Shown one piece after another: positions 60,127-64,000 of a DNA stretch of 64,000 bases (position 1 is its first letter; the number at the start of each line of letters is the position of its first letter). The stretch is from assembly GCA_964434195.1 (NCBI GenBank), contig CAYSUI010000005.1:10671-74670 (forward strand). Direction: 5' to 3'. The notes under the pieces were generated by a model, which worked only from the letters and a program-made list of their open reading frames with translations, was not told the origin of the DNA and searched no databases. This DNA is from an uncultured Candidatus Saccharibacteria bacterium. GTDB lineage: Bacteria; Patescibacteriota; Doudnabacteria; UBA920. Made by a program: the position numbers and the translations under genes.

Positions 60127-60203
60127 TGGTGGGCGCACTAGGACTCGAACCTAGGACCCTCGAGGTATAAGCTCGATGCTCTAACCAACTGAGCTATGCG
60201 CCC
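60127..60203 (-). tRNA. tRNA-Ile(TAT)
   Basis: gggcgcatagctcagttggttagagc-a-tcgag-ctTATac-ctcga...cgcccacca. Confidence 0.9.
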
Positions 60204-60457
60204 AAAATACTAACCTACCAATTATAGGAAAGTTCCAGCATCTTGAAAAGACCTCAGATAAAAATATTCAAAGAATAATAAAGTTATCCCCTGTTGTGCA
60301 TAAACTGTGCACAACTACCTATTTTTCTGTGGGTAGAACAAGGATGAAACATGCAAAACCCCAAAATTCCCTTTTTATCCAAACTCCTCTATTCTTTATC
60401 TGGATGTTTTTACGGATTGCAGATTTGGGCGATCTCGTTTTCAAAGGGAGGATATTT

Positions 60458-61729
60458 ATGGCAGGAATTTTTGGTATATATAAACACAACGAAGCAAGTA
60501 ACTTCGCATATCTTGGTTGTTATGCCATGCAGCAACGTGGTACAAAACAATCAGGTATTGTGAGCTCAGATGAAAATAAACTTTACTCTTTTCATGGTCA
60601 GGGTCTAATAAAAAAATCTGTACACGAAGGAACTATCAGGCATTTAAAAGGTAAACATGCTATTGCCCAGATAGATCATAAAAAAGGCTTAGCACTTCCC
60701 TATAAATTCAAACACGCAACTGAAGGAGAAATAGCGGTATGTTTAGATTCAAATCAAAACCAACCCATTTCACAGTTTAGCCTCTTGGACAATAACGAAC
60801 TTGAAAGACTTATTCTTAGCAGTCTTCAATATCTAGACTTTAGCACCGAAGAAACACTCAGAATGAGTCTAAATGGCGTAAACAAAACCTTTATCGCTTT
60901 AAGCAAGAACAAAATGCTTATTTCAAGAGATCCTTGGGGAAATAGGCCTCTAATTTTGGGAAAACTAGGCGAATCCATCTTAGCTAGTACAGAGTCCACA
61001 TCTTTCGATTTACTCGGAGCAGAAATAATAAGAGAAGTTGAACCAGGAGAAGTAATTCTGATTACCGACTCCTCATTAATCTCTCTTTTAAAGAGGCCCT
61101 CCGAGAACCTTCTTCAGTGCTCCTTCGAACATGTTTATTTCTCAAGACCCGACTCCATAATTTTCAATCAGAGTGTAAACAAAAGCCGTCACAAATGGGG
61201 AAAACTACTAGCAAAAGAACACCCTGTTGAAAAGGACTGTATAACTATAGGCGTACCTGACTCTGGGGTACCAGTAGCTTTAGGATTCGCCCAAGGCTCA
61301 GACACAAGCTACTTAAACGGTATAATTCGCAACCGATATGTAGGAAAAATGGAAAGCAATGCCACTTTAAGTCCAAGTAGAGTTCGTACTAAATTCAACG
61401 CAGATAGATCGCTAATTGAGGGACAAAAAGTTGCTTTGCTCGACGATTCATTACTTGGCGGAGAAGTAGCTAGGCTCTTAGTTCAAATGCTTAGAAACGC
61501 TGGAGCAATTGAAGTCCACGTCAGGATAGCGTGTCCACCCATTCTTTCCACTTGCCAATTTGGACAAGGTATTTCCAATCAAGGCATTCTTATCGCCAAA
61601 ACTCATTCATTTGAAGAGATACTCAAACACCTCAAAGCAGATTCACTAGGATTTCTGAGTATGGAAAGTTTTCTCTCGGTGTTTCACTCCAAACAAAATT
61701 TTTGTACCGAATGTATGCGTCGAAGCTAG
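60458..61729 (+). CDS. PurF-like amidophosphoribosyltransferase homologue with degenerate glutaminase domain
   Basis: GGGAGG RBS, MAGIFG start, RDPWGNRPL, CSFEHVYFSRPDS, VPDSG, LLDDS. Confidence 0.8.
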   Translation: MAGIFGIYKHNEASNFAYLGCYAMQQRGTKQSGIVSSDENKLYSFHGQGLIKKSVHEGTIRHLKGKHAIAQIDHKKGLALPYKFKHATEGEIAVCLDSNQNQPISQFSLLDNNELERLILSSLQYLDFSTEETLRMSLNGVNKTFIALSKNKMLISRDPWGNRPLILGKLGESILASTESTSFDLLGAEIIREVEPGEVILITDSSLISLLKRPSENLLQCSFEHVYFSRPDSIIFNQSVNKSRHKWGKLLAKEHPVEKDCITIGVPDSGVPVALGFAQGSDTSYLNGIIRNRYVGKMESNATLSPSRVRTKFNADRSLIEGQKVALLDDSLLGGEVARLLVQMLRNAGAIEVHVRIACPPILSTCQFGQGISNQGILIAKTHSFEEILKHLKADSLGFLSMESFLSVFHSKQNFCTECMRRS

Positions 61730-61803
61730 ACTTCGATCTTTTTTTATGGAAAAATACATACACGCACTAATTGAGTCGAAAAAAAATCGACAAAGAAAAA
61801 AAT

Positions 61804-62082
61804 ATGGAAGAAGAAGATATAAAAAATATATTCGAAGACAAATATGCAGATTTGCTTGAAATGGGTTATGAGGAATGGTTAGAAAAATCTCCAAAAACCG
61901 AAGATCAAGCATATGCCAGATGCATCGCAATAGATCGTGAACTAAACAAAACCTACGACGAATGGTTTGAGTCTAAAGGTGACAAGCGGGAAGAACTAGG
62001 AGAACACCGCGCCAAACTAAAAGCCGAGTACGATCTCATAGAAGAAATATTCAAACTAGAGGCCAACGATCGCAGTTGGTAA
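61804..62082 (+). CDS. Acidic helical hypothetical protein
   Basis: ORF with protein-like composition; start uncertain. Confidence 0.6.
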   Translation: MEEEDIKNIFEDKYADLLEMGYEEWLEKSPKTEDQAYARCIAIDRELNKTYDEWFESKGDKREELGEHRAKLKAEYDLIEEIFKLEANDRSW

Positions 62083-62152
62083 TAAAATTGACTAACTTAG
62101 TTAGTCTTTTTTATTACTTTTACCTTTTATTAATTTCTGCTAGCATTGCCCT

Positions 62153-62818
62153 ATGTTAACCATAGTTCCAACGCCTCTAGGCAACTTAAAAGACATTACC
62201 TTCCGCGGAGTAGAAGCCTTAACAGAAGCAGGTTTTATAATTGCGGAAAACCCAAGCTACTCCAAAAGACTACTCGACCACTACAAAATTCCAAAAAAAG
62301 AATTAGTTCAATTTGCAGACCACAACGAACTCAAAGTTTTAGATAATCTAATCGAAAAACTAAAAACCCAATCTGCCTGCTTAATAACCGACGCCGGCAC
62401 GCCAGGAATTTCCGACCCCGGTTTCAGACTGGTAAAAGCTTGCATAGAAAATAAGATTCAAATAGTCGCACTCCCCGGACCAAACGCTGCCATTACCGCA
62501 CTTTCCGCCAGTGGTCTACCCACCGACAAATTTATTTTTTTTGGTTTCCTAGGCAAAACCGAGCCAAAAGTTGTAAAAGCAATACAAGAGGCTAAAACTA
62601 CCGAATCCACAGCATGCTTCTACGAATCTCCTGAACGCATTACAAAAACTATTAGCTATATTACAAAAAACTTTCCAAGAGCAAACGTAGTAGTCATAAG
62701 AGAAATATCCAAAATCCACGAAGAATACATAAGAGGCACTGCAGAGGAAGTTGAAAAAAATCTAAAACTCCGCCAAACTATCAAAGGTGAAATCACAGTA
62801 ATATTATCATTTAAATGA
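62153..62818 (+). CDS. rsmI: 16S rRNA C1402 2'-O-methyltransferase RsmI
   Basis: VPTPLGNLKDITFR, TDAGTPGISDPG, FYESPER, REISKIHEE. Confidence 0.95.
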   Translation: MLTIVPTPLGNLKDITFRGVEALTEAGFIIAENPSYSKRLLDHYKIPKKELVQFADHNELKVLDNLIEKLKTQSACLITDAGTPGISDPGFRLVKACIENKIQIVALPGPNAAITALSASGLPTDKFIFFGFLGKTEPKVVKAIQEAKTTESTACFYESPERITKTISYITKNFPRANVVVIREISKIHEEYIRGTAEEVEKNLKLRQTIKGEITVILSFK

Positions 62819-62834
62819 TTAAGTAAGATTGCGC

Positions 62835-63209
62835 ATGATTGACAAGAATGAAAAACCGAAAGACCTACAACGCAGAACGAAAATATTCGCAATTCGGATC
62901 ATAAAATTAGTAAAATTTTTAGAAAAAGACTCAGTAGCAAAAATAATTGGTAAACAAATCTTACGTTCTGGCACTTCAGTTGCCACCAACTACAGAGCAT
63001 CATGTAGAGCAAAATCTGCTAGAGATTTTATTTCCAAAATCTCTATAGTTATGGAAGAATCTGACGAAACGCTATTTTGGCTGGAATTACTTGAAGAATC
63101 CAATTTAGTAAATGCAAAAACAATTGCGGATCTCAAAGACGAGGCAAATCAAATCACTGCAATCATGACAGCCTCTAAAACTTCTGCAATAAAAAACCAA
63201 AAAGGTTAG
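62835..63209 (+). CDS. Four-helix-bundle protein (23S rRNA IVP-like family)
   Basis: QILRSGTSVATNYRA...FISKISIVMEESDETLFWLELL. Confidence 0.9.
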   Translation: MIDKNEKPKDLQRRTKIFAIRIIKLVKFLEKDSVAKIIGKQILRSGTSVATNYRASCRAKSARDFISKISIVMEESDETLFWLELLEESNLVNAKTIADLKDEANQITAIMTASKTSAIKNQKG

Positions 63210-63268
63210 TAACTTGCAGCTTATTCATATTCAATCCTATTTAATCTTTTAAATCTTGTTCAATCTCT

Positions 63269-63985
63269 ATGTCTGGACATTCAAAATGGGCTCAAATAAA
63301 ACGTTCAAAGGGGGCTAAAGATGCCAAACGTGGCGTACTTTTTTCCAAACTAAGTAAAAAAATAACCCTTGCTGCCAAAGCCGGTAACTCCCCCGACCCA
63401 AGTCTTAATTTCCAGCTAAGAGCCGAAATAGAAAATGCTAAGGCGGAAGGAATGCCAAACGAGAATATTGAACGCGCGGCAAAAAAACCTTTCGGTAAAG
63501 ACGCGGTACAACTAACAGAAGTAGTCTACGAGGCCTATGGCCCATTTGGCACAGCATTCATAATAGAATGTGCTACCGACAACACAAATCGTGCAGTCGG
63601 CAACGTTAAAAAAATTCTCGGTAAACACGAAGGTAATCTAGGTAGCGTTGGTTCAGTCTCCTGGCAATTCACCACAAAGGGCCAAATCCTTATAGAAAAA
63701 GATCCCAAACTAGAAGAATACGAATTAGATGCCATAGAGGCTGGTGCAATAGACACTGAACTAAGCACAGAAGGCTTAATAGTCTACACACAACCAGATA
63801 AACTCCATGAAATAAAAACAATCCTCGCTGGTAAAGGCGCAAAGGTAGCGAGCAATGAAATAATTAAAGAAAGTACCCAACCAGTAGAACTAACAGACAC
63901 CCAAAAACCCAAAGTAGAAGCATTGTTCAATGAACTGGAAGACGACGAAGAAGTAATCGCCGTCCACACCAACGCCCTACTATAA
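63269..63985 (+). CDS. YebC/PmpR-family protein
   Basis: MSGHSKWAQIKR, YEAYGP, TDNTNR. Confidence 0.95.
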   Translation: MSGHSKWAQIKRSKGAKDAKRGVLFSKLSKKITLAAKAGNSPDPSLNFQLRAEIENAKAEGMPNENIERAAKKPFGKDAVQLTEVVYEAYGPFGTAFIIECATDNTNRAVGNVKKILGKHEGNLGSVGSVSWQFTTKGQILIEKDPKLEEYELDAIEAGAIDTELSTEGLIVYTQPDKLHEIKTILAGKGAKVASNEIIKESTQPVELTDTQKPKVEALFNELEDDEEVIAVHTNALL

Positions 63986-64000
63986 TTTCTATTTAATTCG

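Overview
A 64 kb AT-rich bacterial chromosome segment using the standard genetic code. The gene set and style point to Patescibacteria/CPR (inference): a VirB2/TrbC-like pilin array, ComM, a short SMC, a four-helix-bundle gene and almost no biosynthetic genes. Housekeeping genes include rpsP, smc, rnc, ftsH, galU, comM, lspA, recA, ftsK, rnhB, rlmH, infB, rbfA, ddl, rpsA, gyrA, rsmI and a YebC-family gene. There are 12 intact tRNA genes, one with an unusual Ile(UAU) anticodon. The most striking signal is intergenic: several families of 80-170 bp structured elements with covarying stems sit at the ends of conserved genes. At gyrA, tRNA-Cys and tRNA-Leu(UAA) such an element is followed by a second copy of the gene's own 3' end. 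At gyrA there are two extra copies, and they differ from the gene only at synonymous positions. This looks like scars of repeated, element-linked allele replacement. A separate family is attached to the CCA end of four tRNAs. The window also holds a promoter-driven candidate large ncRNA of about 480 nt between a DnaA-box cluster and a degenerate repeat array, parS-like sites inside an O-antigen ligase gene, an unannotated Cys/His microprotein, and a glutaminase-dead PurF homologue. All calls were made by eye; no searches or folding programs were run.
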